From Verrucomicrobia bacterium UBA3869 (GTDB lineage Bacteria > Verrucomicrobiota > Verrucomicrobiia > Opitutales > UBA9783), in NCBI GenBank assembly GCA_002392285.1, contig DGGR01000027.1, positions 1-24,576 on the forward strand: a stretch of DNA of 24,576 nucleotides. The letters run 5' to 3'. Numbering within the stretch: position 1 is the stretch's first letter; every line of letters starts with the position of its first letter. A program made the translations under genes and the position numbers. Below are positions 16,926-24,576 of this stretch, one piece after another. Below the pieces are notes generated by a model. It worked only from the letters and a program-made list of their open reading frames with translations. It did no database searches and was not told the DNA's origin.

Positions 16926-17144
16926 ATGGAAGTCTACCTACCCTTGCTTTTCAGTAGTATTATCTTTGGGTATCTCTTCTATGAAGCCAAAAACGAAAGT
17001 CAGCATATAGAGCGCTATGAAGCATTGAAGATAAAACATTTGTTTTGTTGCCAATCCTGCAAGTGGGTTTACGCCTCTTACAAAGAGGATATCCATTGTG
17101 CCTGTCCCCACTGTTCTACCGAAAACACCTATTTAAAATTTTAA
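16926..17144 (+). CDS. Small membrane-anchored zinc-ribbon protein (hypothetical)
   Basis: 72 aa with an N-terminal TM helix (LPLLFSSIIFGYLFY). The C-terminal CxxC...CxxC is CCQSCKWVYASYKEDIHCACPHC. It has one of the few good SD-like sequences I checked in the window (GAAAGGA, 7 nt upstream of the ATG). It starts 2 nt after the argS stop. Confidence 0.55.
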   Translation: MEVYLPLLFSSIIFGYLFYEAKNESQHIERYEALKIKHLFCCQSCKWVYASYKEDIHCACPHCSTENTYLKF

Positions 17145-17161
17145 CTAACCAAATTGTTTTT

Positions 17162-18130
17162 ATGGATTTTGGACCCATTGGGAAAAAAGTTTTACAAGAA
17201 GAAATTATAAGCCTGCAAGGCTTATATAACCGCTTTGATGACGAAGCTTTTTCGAAAGTCGTTGAACTACTGGCCAATCACAAAGGTAAGGTGGTTTTTT
17301 CAGGTATCGGAAAATCCGGTTACATTGCGCGCAAATTAAGTTCAACCTTCAATAGCACAGGAACCCGCTCAGTTTATTTGCATCCCTGCGAAGCTCTTCA
17401 TGGCGATTTGGGTATCTATTCCAAGGGCGACCCTACCATCATTCTTTCACGAAGCGGAACCACCCAGGAATTGCTTACCTTTGTTCAGGTTATTAAACCC
17501 TTTAATTCTCCTATTATTGCAATGGTCGGCAATTTATCCTCTCCATTAGCGCGCATCGCAGATTTTGTATTAGATGCATCCATTCAAAAAGAGGCAGATC
17601 CATTGGGTTTCGTACCAACCTCAAGTACAACCGTTGCGTTGGCTCTAGGAGATGCATTGGCGTCAACACTCATGGTTGCGCATCAATTTACCCATGCGGA
17701 TTTCTTGCAATTTCATCCAGGCGGACAATTGGGTAAGGTACTTGGACGCTGCGTTGGGGATTTGGCTCATCCAATCCAAGAGGTTGCATGTGTTAACCCA
17801 CAACAATCGTTAAAAGAAGTTGTGGTCGAGCTCACCCTAAAACCTTTAGGAGCTGCGCTCGTAATGGATGGGAAACAATTGTGCGGATTGATTACGGATG
17901 GTGATATTCGACGAGCCATCCAATCAGGAAAAGCTTTAGAAAGCATTACTGCAGCCGATATGATGACCACCAATCCCATTAGTGTTTCCAAAGATCTCAA
18001 CCTAGAAAAAGCGATGCAATTAATGGAAGACCGCCCACATCAATTGAGCGTTTTGCTCGTTTTAAACCCAGATAAAACCTGCTATGGACTGTTTCGTTTG
18101 CACGATGCTTATGGGCATGTTGGAAAATAA
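17162..18130 (+). CDS. kpsF: Arabinose-5-phosphate isomerase KpsF/KdsD (SIS domain + tandem CBS)
   Basis: GIGKSGYIARKLSSTFNSTGT..LHPCEALHGDLG is the SIS signature. It is followed by two CBS-like repeats. I prefer the ATG at 17162 (MDFGPIGKK). The track start at 17045 overlaps the small ORF. Confidence 0.9.
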   Translation: MDFGPIGKKVLQEEIISLQGLYNRFDDEAFSKVVELLANHKGKVVFSGIGKSGYIARKLSSTFNSTGTRSVYLHPCEALHGDLGIYSKGDPTIILSRSGTTQELLTFVQVIKPFNSPIIAMVGNLSSPLARIADFVLDASIQKEADPLGFVPTSSTTVALALGDALASTLMVAHQFTHADFLQFHPGGQLGKVLGRCVGDLAHPIQEVACVNPQQSLKEVVVELTLKPLGAALVMDGKQLCGLITDGDIRRAIQSGKALESITAADMMTTNPISVSKDLNLEKAMQLMEDRPHQLSVLLVLNPDKTCYGLFRLHDAYGHVGK

Positions 18131-18150
18131 CAAAATAGTTGGATAAGGGA

Positions 18151-18882
18151 CTAACCCCCTTGCTCAATTAACACCACATACTCGCCTTTAAGTGATAGGG
18201 TGCTTTCATCCAAATCCTCTAATGTGCCGTAATAACAGCTCTCATTGAGCTTCGTAAGCTCATGAGTAATCGCAATCCGGGTATTAGTGTCAAAAAACTT
18301 TCGTAAGGTTAGTATTAGCTTTTGAATACGATGCGGGGATTCATACAAAACAATCGTACCGCGAAACGCTTGATTTGCTTGAAACAACTTCGCTATCCTG
18401 CCTTCTTTGGGCGGTAAAAATCCTAAAAACAAAAATGCGTTAGTGGGTAGCCCTGCCATACTTAAAGCCGCAATGGCTGCATTAGGACCAGGAATCGGCA
18501 CCACACGTACCCCTTGTTCCTGACATATCTTCATTAAACGATACCCAGGATCACTAATGCTCGGAGTCCCAGCATCACTTACCAACGCAACCGATTGCTG
18601 ATTTTGTAGCTTCCGCAATAAATGCTGGGCACTTTGTATCTCTCCCGCATCCCGATAGGTAAACAACGGTTTTTTCGGTATATTGAGCAACGTTAATAAT
18701 TTTTGCGTTACTTGCGGGGTCTCGCAAGCAATACAATCGCAGGAAGATAAAATATTAAACGCACGCCAACTTAGATCACTCAAATTACCAATAGGCGTTC
18801 CAACAACATACAACACTCCCGGTTGTGCTGCATTTTTACCAACACCTTGAGTGCCTTGAAAAGGTATGGCTCTATCATCCAT
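18151..18882 (-). CDS. rsmI: 16S rRNA (cytidine1402-2'-O)-methyltransferase RsmI
   Basis: 243 aa with LYVVGTPIGNLSDLS.RA...L...D.IACE, SDAGTP.ISDPG, PGPNA and LYESPHR motifs of the tetrapyrrole-methylase-fold RsmI family. Confidence 0.9.
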   Translation of the reverse strand: MDDRAIPFQGTQGVGKNAAQPGVLYVVGTPIGNLSDLSWRAFNILSSCDCIACETPQVTQKLLTLLNIPKKPLFTYRDAGEIQSAQHLLRKLQNQQSVALVSDAGTPSISDPGYRLMKICQEQGVRVVPIPGPNAAIAALSMAGLPTNAFLFLGFLPPKEGRIAKLFQANQAFRGTIVLYESPHRIQKLILTLRKFFDTNTRIAITHELTKLNESCYYGTLEDLDESTLSLKGEYVVLIEQGG

Positions 18883-19918
18883 TACGCAGAACCTGCTTAA
18901 CGACCTGCAAAGTTTTAGAGTTGTTGAAATACAGATAGCGGATAGTAGCAGGTAATCGGCGTAACCACGAAACGGTAAACCAATTATAGAGTTTCAAAAC
19001 TTTTCGGAAATAACTGGTATCAAGATAAAATAAGAATTCTACAAATTGATGTAAGGTTTTAGGATCTTGCATCCCCCACCAATCTAATATCAGTTGCTTT
19101 TTTAACGTTTCTGCTCGTTCTCCCGTTAACCCTATGCCTTCGATAACCGCTCCTATCTCGCGTTGGGTTTCAGCAATTTCATCGGTGGTTAAAAATTGGG
19201 TTATACGGTTGTTGTCTTCGGTACGCCATATGGTACAATTCATTTGTTTATATTTATAAACGGAAGGCAAAATCTTGGTTTTCCCTAATGTACTTGGATA
19301 TAAAGCTACAAAACAATCCAACCAATATCCTTGTTTTACCGCTTCAGCATAAGCCGTTTGACTTACTTGTCGATGCATTACACTTGCCTCATTTTCATCA
19401 TCACACCCCACTAGACGTTTTTCAGCAGAATCCAATTCGTAATCGGACCAAAAATACCTTAGCTTATATAATACATTAATTTTCCCGAAGCACTTATTTT
19501 TATAGGTAGTAAAAGGATGGATTTGTCCCATACAAGCGATGTATTCATGCTTTGAATCCTGCTCTAAAAAGGCTACGCATTGTAATACGACATCCATATC
19601 TAGAAAATCATCATTGTCATAACGGATAACATACGGAGTGGTGATTTTGGAAAGTGCACTGGCCATCCGATCAAAAAAATCAAGTAATCCATTGGAAGGT
19701 TGGTAGCGATGATATTCGTAAGCTACATGAGGGAAACGATGCTTATTGGCTTCAATAATTTGGCGATCTTCATCTCCATGACTATCATCCAAAAGATATA
19801 CCTTAAAGGGGCATCGTACGGCCTCGAGATAGAGCAAATGCCTTAACGTCATTTCATAACGCCCATATAACGGTGTGATGATCGTTAATTTCTTCGCTAA
19901 CTCTAAATCATATGCCAT
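18875..19918 (-). CDS. GT-A-fold (GT2-like) glycosyltransferase-domain protein with an uncharacterised C-terminal two-thirds
   Basis: 347 aa. The N-terminus resembles GT2: LTIITPLYGRYEMTLRHLLYL...KVYLLDDSHGDE, and a DxD-type motif in VIRYDNDDFLD. I do not recognise the remaining ~230 aa. It starts 2 nt after the tyrS stop, and its stop overlaps the rsmI start (ATGGATGA). Confidence 0.5.
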   Translation of the reverse strand: MAYDLELAKKLTIITPLYGRYEMTLRHLLYLEAVRCPFKVYLLDDSHGDEDRQIIEANKHRFPHVAYEYHRYQPSNGLLDFFDRMASALSKITTPYVIRYDNDDFLDMDVVLQCVAFLEQDSKHEYIACMGQIHPFTTYKNKCFGKINVLYKLRYFWSDYELDSAEKRLVGCDDENEASVMHRQVSQTAYAEAVKQGYWLDCFVALYPSTLGKTKILPSVYKYKQMNCTIWRTEDNNRITQFLTTDEIAETQREIGAVIEGIGLTGERAETLKKQLILDWWGMQDPKTLHQFVEFLFYLDTSYFRKVLKLYNWFTVSWLRRLPATIRYLYFNNSKTLQVVKQVLRNG

Positions 19919-19920
19919 AA

Positions 19921-21111
19921 TTATACTAAAATTTTGAAGAATAAGCGTTTGCCGATTCGGACAATGGATGGTGTTGTTAATTGTGCAGGGGCTTGTGGGT
20001 TTGAAATGCGTTCTTGGTTAATCTCGACGCCTCCTTGCTCGATTAAGCGTTTTAGTTCTTTTTTGCTTCCCTGATATAGGTTGGTAGCGACAATGATATC
20101 GACCCATGTTTTGCATTGAGCAAAGTGATCAATGGTAAACTCAGGCATATCATCGGGGATTGCGTTATGAGAAAATACCGTTTCAAAATGTTTTTGTTCT
20201 TCTTGTGCTATGGATTCACCAAAGAAGCGTGTTACTACGCTGTAGGCTAATTCTTTTTTCATTGCCATGGGTGATTGCTTTTTGCGTTCTTCTACTTTTT
20301 CGGTTGGTTCCAAAAGGAGCAACTTAAAATAATCCCACATGGTGTTGTCCGGGATGGACATGATTTTCCCATACATATCGGTTGAGGTATCGTTGAAGGT
20401 AATGTAGTTCCCGAAGCTTTTAGACATTTTTTTAACGCCATCTAGACCGACCAATAACGGCATGCAAAGTACTGCCTGTGGGTTTTGCCCGAAACATTTT
20501 TGGAATTGGCGGCCTAAGCACAAATTGAACAGTTGATCAGCGCCTCCTAATTCAATATCCGATTGTAAAACGATGGAATCGTATGCCTGTAGCACAGGGT
20601 ATAAAAATTCAACAAGAGCAATGGGCGTTTTGCTAGTATAACGTTTATTAAAATCCTCGCGTTCTAACAATTGGGCAACGGTTACTTGTCGGGTTAGAGA
20701 CAATAAATCGCCAAAGGACATTTTTTCGAACCATTCACTATTGCGCCGCGTTTCGGTTTTTTGAGGATCAAGGATTTTAAAAGCCTGATCTAAGTAGGTT
20801 TGTGAGTTGGCTTCGATTTGTTCTACGGTGAGCACGGGGCGCGTGGATGAACGTCCACTAGGGTCTCCAATACGCGTTGTATAATCACCGATAACGAAAA
20901 TAATATGATGCCCTAAGGCTTGCAGTTGGCGTAATTTGTTGAAGACGACCCAATGCCCAAAGGTTAGATCTGGGCGGGTTGGGTCGACTCCCAATTTAAT
21001 GCGCAAAGGGGTGCCGTTAGCTAATTTTTCTTTAAGATCAGATGCCCCGATAAATGTCTCTGCATTTTGTTGAATGATCGCTAACTGCTGATCGATAGTT
21101 AATAGTTCCAT
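19921..21111 (-). CDS. tyrS: Tyrosine--tRNA ligase (type 2, with C-terminal S4 domain)
   Basis: 396 aa with GVDPTRPDLTFGHWV (HIGH-type motif), GDYTTRIGDPSGRS, KMSKSFGN and a C-terminal S4-like segment (KKELKRLIEQGGVEINQERI). Confidence 0.93.
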   Translation of the reverse strand: MELLTIDQQLAIIQQNAETFIGASDLKEKLANGTPLRIKLGVDPTRPDLTFGHWVVFNKLRQLQALGHHIIFVIGDYTTRIGDPSGRSSTRPVLTVEQIEANSQTYLDQAFKILDPQKTETRRNSEWFEKMSFGDLLSLTRQVTVAQLLEREDFNKRYTSKTPIALVEFLYPVLQAYDSIVLQSDIELGGADQLFNLCLGRQFQKCFGQNPQAVLCMPLLVGLDGVKKMSKSFGNYITFNDTSTDMYGKIMSIPDNTMWDYFKLLLLEPTEKVEERKKQSPMAMKKELAYSVVTRFFGESIAQEEQKHFETVFSHNAIPDDMPEFTIDHFAQCKTWVDIIVATNLYQGSKKELKRLIEQGGVEINQERISNPQAPAQLTTPSIVRIGKRLFFKILV

Positions 21112-21149
21112 CTTAGGGTAACAAGTTAAGGTTTTGCTGGATAATGCTT

Positions 21150-22415
21150 TTAGTAAGCAGAATCCATTACTTGAGTATGCTTTTTAACGCGATAACAGCA
21201 AGCAATAATGAACACCCCAATCGTCAATTTTATAAAGATTCCTAAGGCGGTTTCGTAATTGGCTGTGCTATATAATTGCAGACCGCTAGCGTTTACAGTT
21301 CCGTCCCAATTCATCTTTAATACCTTTCCCATGACCCATTGTAAAATAGGTTCGCCAACCATTCCTAGAGAATTGATGAGGCTAGCGGTCATTCCAGCAG
21401 TTTTAGGGGTGGACATGCTAGCTCCGCATGAGAAAGCAAGTACATCGGCACTACCAAAAAACCCTAATAAGAATAAGGCGATGGGTAGGTAAAACACCGG
21501 CCAAGAAGGATTACCATACGCTAAAAAGCTAAGGACAAATAGCATCATGAGGAGGCTCAAACGAATACCCAATAGGATTTTATTAATTCCGTTAAATAGG
21601 ACGCATAATACCAAGGTTCCGATGATGCAGCCTGTATAGATAAGTTGCGTATAAGACACGGCGCATAATTCGGAAATCGAGTATTTTGTATGTAAAAAGC
21701 TGGGAGCCCAGAGATCTGCAAAAACCATTGCAATGATATTGGTTCCTATAACGAACAAGGCGCAGATATAAATTTTATAGTTAAAGAAGACTGATTTTAT
21801 TCTCTCCCCTAAATTATTTGTATCTGTTTGGCTCATAACCACCGTTTGCTTTGGATGGAGCAATAGAAAACAAGTAATCAACAAAACAATTCCTGTATAA
21901 ATCATGCAGTGGGAACTTGCGAACCAAGTATTATAATGTAAACTGATCCACTTGATGATTGGATTACCAGCGGCAGTAAAGAGCACACCAAAGGAGCTTG
22001 AAATACCAATGAACAGTGAGGATTTTTCGGGGAAGCATTCCACAATCAGTTTAATAACTCCAATATAACCCGGAACGCATCCAATTCCGAGGATAATACG
22101 ACCCAACAATGCCATAGAATAAGAGGCTGCATGGGTAAATAGATATTGTCCGATAATGCAGAATGCTAATGACGGAAGGATAACGCGTCTAATACCAACT
22201 TTATCGAGCAATATACCAAATGGGATCTGCAAGATGCTGTAGGTTAGCATCGTATAAACCGCTAAGTTGGCAAATTGCTCCGAATCCAAATGAAAAGTCT
22301 GACGGATTTCGTTTGTGAACGTTCCTACGCTGCTCCGCAATAAAAATTGGTATCCGAAAAATATGCTTAATAGGATCCAATGGATATAAGATGATGACTT
22401 TTCTTTGAAGCGCAT
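21150..22415 (-). CDS. MFS transporter, substrate unknown
   Basis: 421 aa and strongly hydrophobic, with about 12 predicted TM segments. An MFS loop 2-3-like motif is present (GILLDKVGIRR). Confidence 0.75.
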   Translation of the reverse strand: MRFKEKSSSYIHWILLSIFFGYQFLLRSSVGTFTNEIRQTFHLDSEQFANLAVYTMLTYSILQIPFGILLDKVGIRRVILPSLAFCIIGQYLFTHAASYSMALLGRIILGIGCVPGYIGVIKLIVECFPEKSSLFIGISSSFGVLFTAAGNPIIKWISLHYNTWFASSHCMIYTGIVLLITCFLLLHPKQTVVMSQTDTNNLGERIKSVFFNYKIYICALFVIGTNIIAMVFADLWAPSFLHTKYSISELCAVSYTQLIYTGCIIGTLVLCVLFNGINKILLGIRLSLLMMLFVLSFLAYGNPSWPVFYLPIALFLLGFFGSADVLAFSCGASMSTPKTAGMTASLINSLGMVGEPILQWVMGKVLKMNWDGTVNASGLQLYSTANYETALGIFIKLTIGVFIIACCYRVKKHTQVMDSAY

Positions 22416-22484
22416 GTTTTATGCAAAAAATGATTTTTTACATATTGTCAAGGGGAAATATGCAAAAAATGGCAATTAACAGCA

Positions 22485-22574
22485 TGGCGGAGAGAGAGGG
22501 ATTCGAACCCTCGGTGGAGTTACCCCCACACCTGATTTCGAGTCAGGCACATTCGGCCGCTCTGTCATCTCTCC
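22485..22574 (-). tRNA. tRNA-Ser (anticodon CGA), type II with a long variable arm and encoded CCA
   Basis: The minus strand reads GGAGAGATGACAGAGCGGCCGAATGTGCCTGACTCGAAATCAGGTGTGGGGGTAACTCCACCGAGGGTTCGAATCCCTCTCTCTCCGCCA. The 7-bp acceptor stem is GGAGAGA/TCTCTCC. The anticodon stem-loop is CCTGA-CTCGAAA-TCAGG. The variable arm has a 6-bp stem (GTGGGG-GTAA-CTCCAC). The T arm is GAGGG-TTCGAAT-CCCTC. Confidence 0.95.
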
Positions 22575-22582
22575 GTGATACT

Positions 22583-22612
22583 ATACTAGTAGGCAGAATT
22601 TTCGTGTGGCAA
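22583..22612 (-). promoter_or_regulatory. Putative tRNA-Ser promoter (TTGCCA-18-TAGTAT)
   Basis: On the minus strand, TTGCCA is the complement of 22607-22612. An 18-nt spacer follows, then TAGTAT (complement of 22583-22588), 8 nt upstream of the mature tRNA 5' end. This is hexamer matching only. Confidence 0.3.
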
Positions 22613-22616
22613 CAAG

Positions 22617-22640
22617 CAAAATGATTAGGATTTAATCATC
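22617..22640 (-). terminator. Weak candidate intrinsic terminator downstream of tpiA
   Basis: A perfect 7-bp inverted repeat: ATGATTA (22621-22627), loop ggatt, TAATCAT (22633-22639). On the minus strand it is followed by TTTGCTTGTT. The stem is almost all A:T, so stability is low. It sits between the tpiA stop and the putative tRNA promoter. Confidence 0.25.
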
Positions 22641-22671
22641 AAGTTTGTGCGTTGGTTTCTATAAATGGAAA

Positions 22672-23436
22672 TTATTTACGGATTTGATCCGCAATACGTG
22701 CGATCTCTATGAATGAATTGGGTTCTAACGATGCTCCGCCAATAAGTCCGCCATCGATATTAGGTTGGGACAATAAGTGTTGAGCATTGCTGCTTTTTAA
22801 AGATCCACCGTACAACAAGCGAATGGAGTTAGCCTGTTGAGGGAAGCGATTAGTAAGCCATTTGCGGATAAAAGCATGGATAGCTTCTGCAATTTCCGGT
22901 GTGGCTGTTTCTCCGGTTCCAATGGCCCAAATAGGTTCGTAGGCGATGGTTAAGGATGAAGCTTGATCGGCGCTAATTCCCTTCAGTCCTTCTTCCAATT
23001 CGGTTTCGATAACCGAAAATGCTTTGTTTTGTTTACGCTCTTGCAAAGATTCGCCTACGCACAAAATAGGTTTAAGTTCGGCGCTCAATAAAGCATGGAG
23101 TTTTTGATTAATGAAGGCGCTGGTTTCGCCGAATAAGGTACGACGCTCGCTGTGCCCAATGATTACATAGGATACAAGTCCTTTTAAAAATGCAGGAGAA
23201 ATTTCACCGGTAAATGCTCCTTTGAGTTCGGGGTGTACATTTTGCGCCCCTAAGGCAATCTGCGTTGTTTGATTGTAATGAGCTGCGGTTTCTAAGCTCG
23301 TAAAGGGTGGGCAAATGAGTAACTCACTTTGTATCGTTGGGGTTAACAAGTTCTTTAACTGGTTAAAAAACGCACGCGTTTCCTGGGCGTTTTTGTTCAT
23401 TTTCCAGTTACCAGCAATCAAAAAACGTTTGGACAT
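22672..23436 (-). CDS. tpiA: Triosephosphate isomerase
   Basis: 254 aa with AGNWKMN, IIGHSERR, AYEPIWAIGTG and GGASL motifs. Confidence 0.95.
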   Translation of the reverse strand: MSKRFLIAGNWKMNKNAQETRAFFNQLKNLLTPTIQSELLICPPFTSLETAAHYNQTTQIALGAQNVHPELKGAFTGEISPAFLKGLVSYVIIGHSERRTLFGETSAFINQKLHALLSAELKPILCVGESLQERKQNKAFSVIETELEEGLKGISADQASSLTIAYEPIWAIGTGETATPEIAEAIHAFIRKWLTNRFPQQANSIRLLYGGSLKSSNAQHLLSQPNIDGGLIGGASLEPNSFIEIARIADQIRK

Positions 23437-23449
23437 GATACAATTGCTC

Positions 23450-24576
23450 TTACTGCTTCAAAGCTTCTAATCCGGGTAATGGTTTACCTTCTAACAATTG
23501 CAAGGTAGCGCCGCCGCCGGTGCTTAAAAAGGTAATGGAATTGGCGTATCCGCTTTTACGAACCGCTTCAATACAATCGCCGCCGCCAACAATAGTTGTT
23601 CCGTTGCATTCGGATAAAGCTTGGGCTAATGCATAGCCGCCTTTAGCCGTTTCAGAAATTTCGAAAATACCTACCGGGCCATTCCACAAGACCATTTTGG
23701 ATTTACGGATGACATCGGAATAGAGCGCTATGGTTTTGGGGCCAATGTCGACGCCAAACCACCCATCGGGGATAGACCCATCGACAACTTGCAGGGCACC
23801 AAGGGTTCCTGTTTTGAAATCAATGCGGTCGGTTGCTACGGAATCAACCGGCAGCTGTATGTTTTTGTGGTTTTTTAGTAAATTTTTGGCTAATTCAATG
23901 TAATCCGGGTCTAATAAGCTATTGCCAATTGATTGTCCTTGAGCAGCTGAAAAGGTAAAGCTCATGCCGCCGCCTAACAAAACCGTATCTGCTTTTTTAC
24001 TTAACGCTTCAACAATGCCGATTTTATCACTAATTTTTGCTCCTCCTAAGACGACGCAAAATGGGCGCTCTGGGTTATCAATTTTTTGCGTTAAAAACTC
24101 CAATTCTTTTTCGATTAAGAATCCCATTGCTTTTTGGCGGACGAACGCAGCAATGCCGGCTGTGGATGCGTGAGCCCGATGAGCGGTTCCGAACGCATCA
24201 TTGACGTAAATATCAGCTTGTTCTGCCAACTGTTTCGAAAATTCACTATCGTTGGCTTCTTCTTGGGGCATGAAGCGCAAATTTTCTAACAGCGTTATCG
24301 ATCCATTAGCCATTTCCGCTATGCTTTGGTTGATGTCTTCTCCAACGCAATGGTCTAAAAACAGAACGGGTTGGTTACAAAGCGTAGCTAATTCTTTTGC
24401 GACTAGCTTTAAGGTGTACCGCTTGTCACATTTTCCCTTAGGACGTCCTAAGTGGCTCGCTAAAACAACCTTAGCTCCGTGTTCTACTAAATAATTAATG
24501 GTGGGTAAAGCTGCGCGTATACGCGTATTATCTGCAATATTTCCGTGGCTATCTAAGGGCACGTTAAAATCTACAC
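23450..24576 (-). CDS. pgk: Phosphoglycerate kinase; the first N-terminal residues lie beyond the window end
   Basis: The frame stays open to the window edge (…VDFNVPLDSHGNIADNTRI...). The track's 'M' at 24562 is an internal GTG (Val). Motifs include SHLGRPKG, GGAKISDKI and STGGGA. Confidence 0.93.
   Translation of the reverse strand, partial: VDFNVPLDSHGNIADNTRIRAALPTINYLVEHGAKVVLASHLGRPKGKCDKRYTLKLVAKELATLCNQPVLFLDHCVGEDINQSIAEMANGSITLLENLRFMPQEEANDSEFSKQLAEQADIYVNDAFGTAHRAHASTAGIAAFVRQKAMGFLIEKELEFLTQKIDNPERPFCVVLGGAKISDKIGIVEALSKKADTVLLGGGMSFTFSAAQGQSIGNSLLDPDYIELAKNLLKNHKNIQLPVDSVATDRIDFKTGTLGALQVVDGSIPDGWFGVDIGPKTIALYSDVIRKSKMVLWNGPVGIFEISETAKGGYALAQALSECNGTTIVGGGDCIEAVRKSGYANSITFLSTGGGATLQLLEGKPLPGLEALKQ

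Noticed and set aside
18144-18162. A small hairpin (AAGGG-N7-CCCTT) between convergent kpsF and rsmI, considered as a bidirectional terminator
   Set aside because: The stem is only 5 bp, there is no U-tract on either strand, and it overlaps the rsmI stop codon.
21112-21149. Possible T-box or other leader upstream of tyrS (and of argS at 15090-15159)
   Set aside because: The gaps are 38 and 70 nt, far too short for a T-box riboswitch. No specifier or antiterminator features are visible.
22421-22624. 67-aa plus-strand ORF from the track (MQKMIFYILSRG...)
   Set aside because: It lies directly antisense to a well-formed tRNA-Ser(CGA) at 22485-22574 and covers its flanking intergenic DNA. The ORF is a by-product of the tRNA sequence.
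1-24576. Window-wide look for CRISPR arrays, IS elements or transposases, integrases, phage genes, toxin-antitoxin pairs or known defence-system signatures
   Set aside because: None found. Every ORF over 60 aa that is not nested or antisense has a housekeeping or biosynthetic assignment. All intergenic gaps are at most 154 bp.

Overview
This is a densely coding 24.6-kb chromosomal segment from a diderm bacterium. It looks moderately AT-rich by eye (not computed). I found no CRISPR array, transposase, integrase or long repeat. Minus strand, 1-4532: the 5' part of a dcw cluster (mraZ, rsmH, ftsL-like, ftsI, partial murE). A GTGG-repeat-rich intergenic region separates it from a divergent Zn-metallopeptidase/NUDIX pair. 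Minus strand, 12669 down to 5908: one long co-directional string of rpsU, rsmA(ksgA), a DegT-type sugar aminotransferase, rmlB, rmlA, an rmlC-like epimerase, a TylCIII/NovU-type sugar C-methyltransferase and an RluA-family pseudouridine synthase. Plus strand, 12785-18130: a RodZ-like protein, a bifunctional-nuclease (BFN) domain protein, a radical SAM/SPASM enzyme, argS, a 72-aa membrane zinc-ribbon protein and kpsF. The rest is minus strand: rsmI, a GT-A-like glycosyltransferase, tyrS, an MFS transporter, tRNA-Ser(CGA), tpiA and partial pgk. Most of the window is ordinary housekeeping. Three things merit a second look. (1) A dTDP-sugar cassette has no rmlD but does have a C-methyltransferase and an aminotransferase, and it sits inside a ribosome-biogenesis operon. 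(2) An orphan radical SAM/SPASM enzyme has no visible substrate gene. (3) A divergent GT-A-like protein is translationally coupled between tyrS and rsmI. All functional calls rest on motif recognition by eye. No database search was run.
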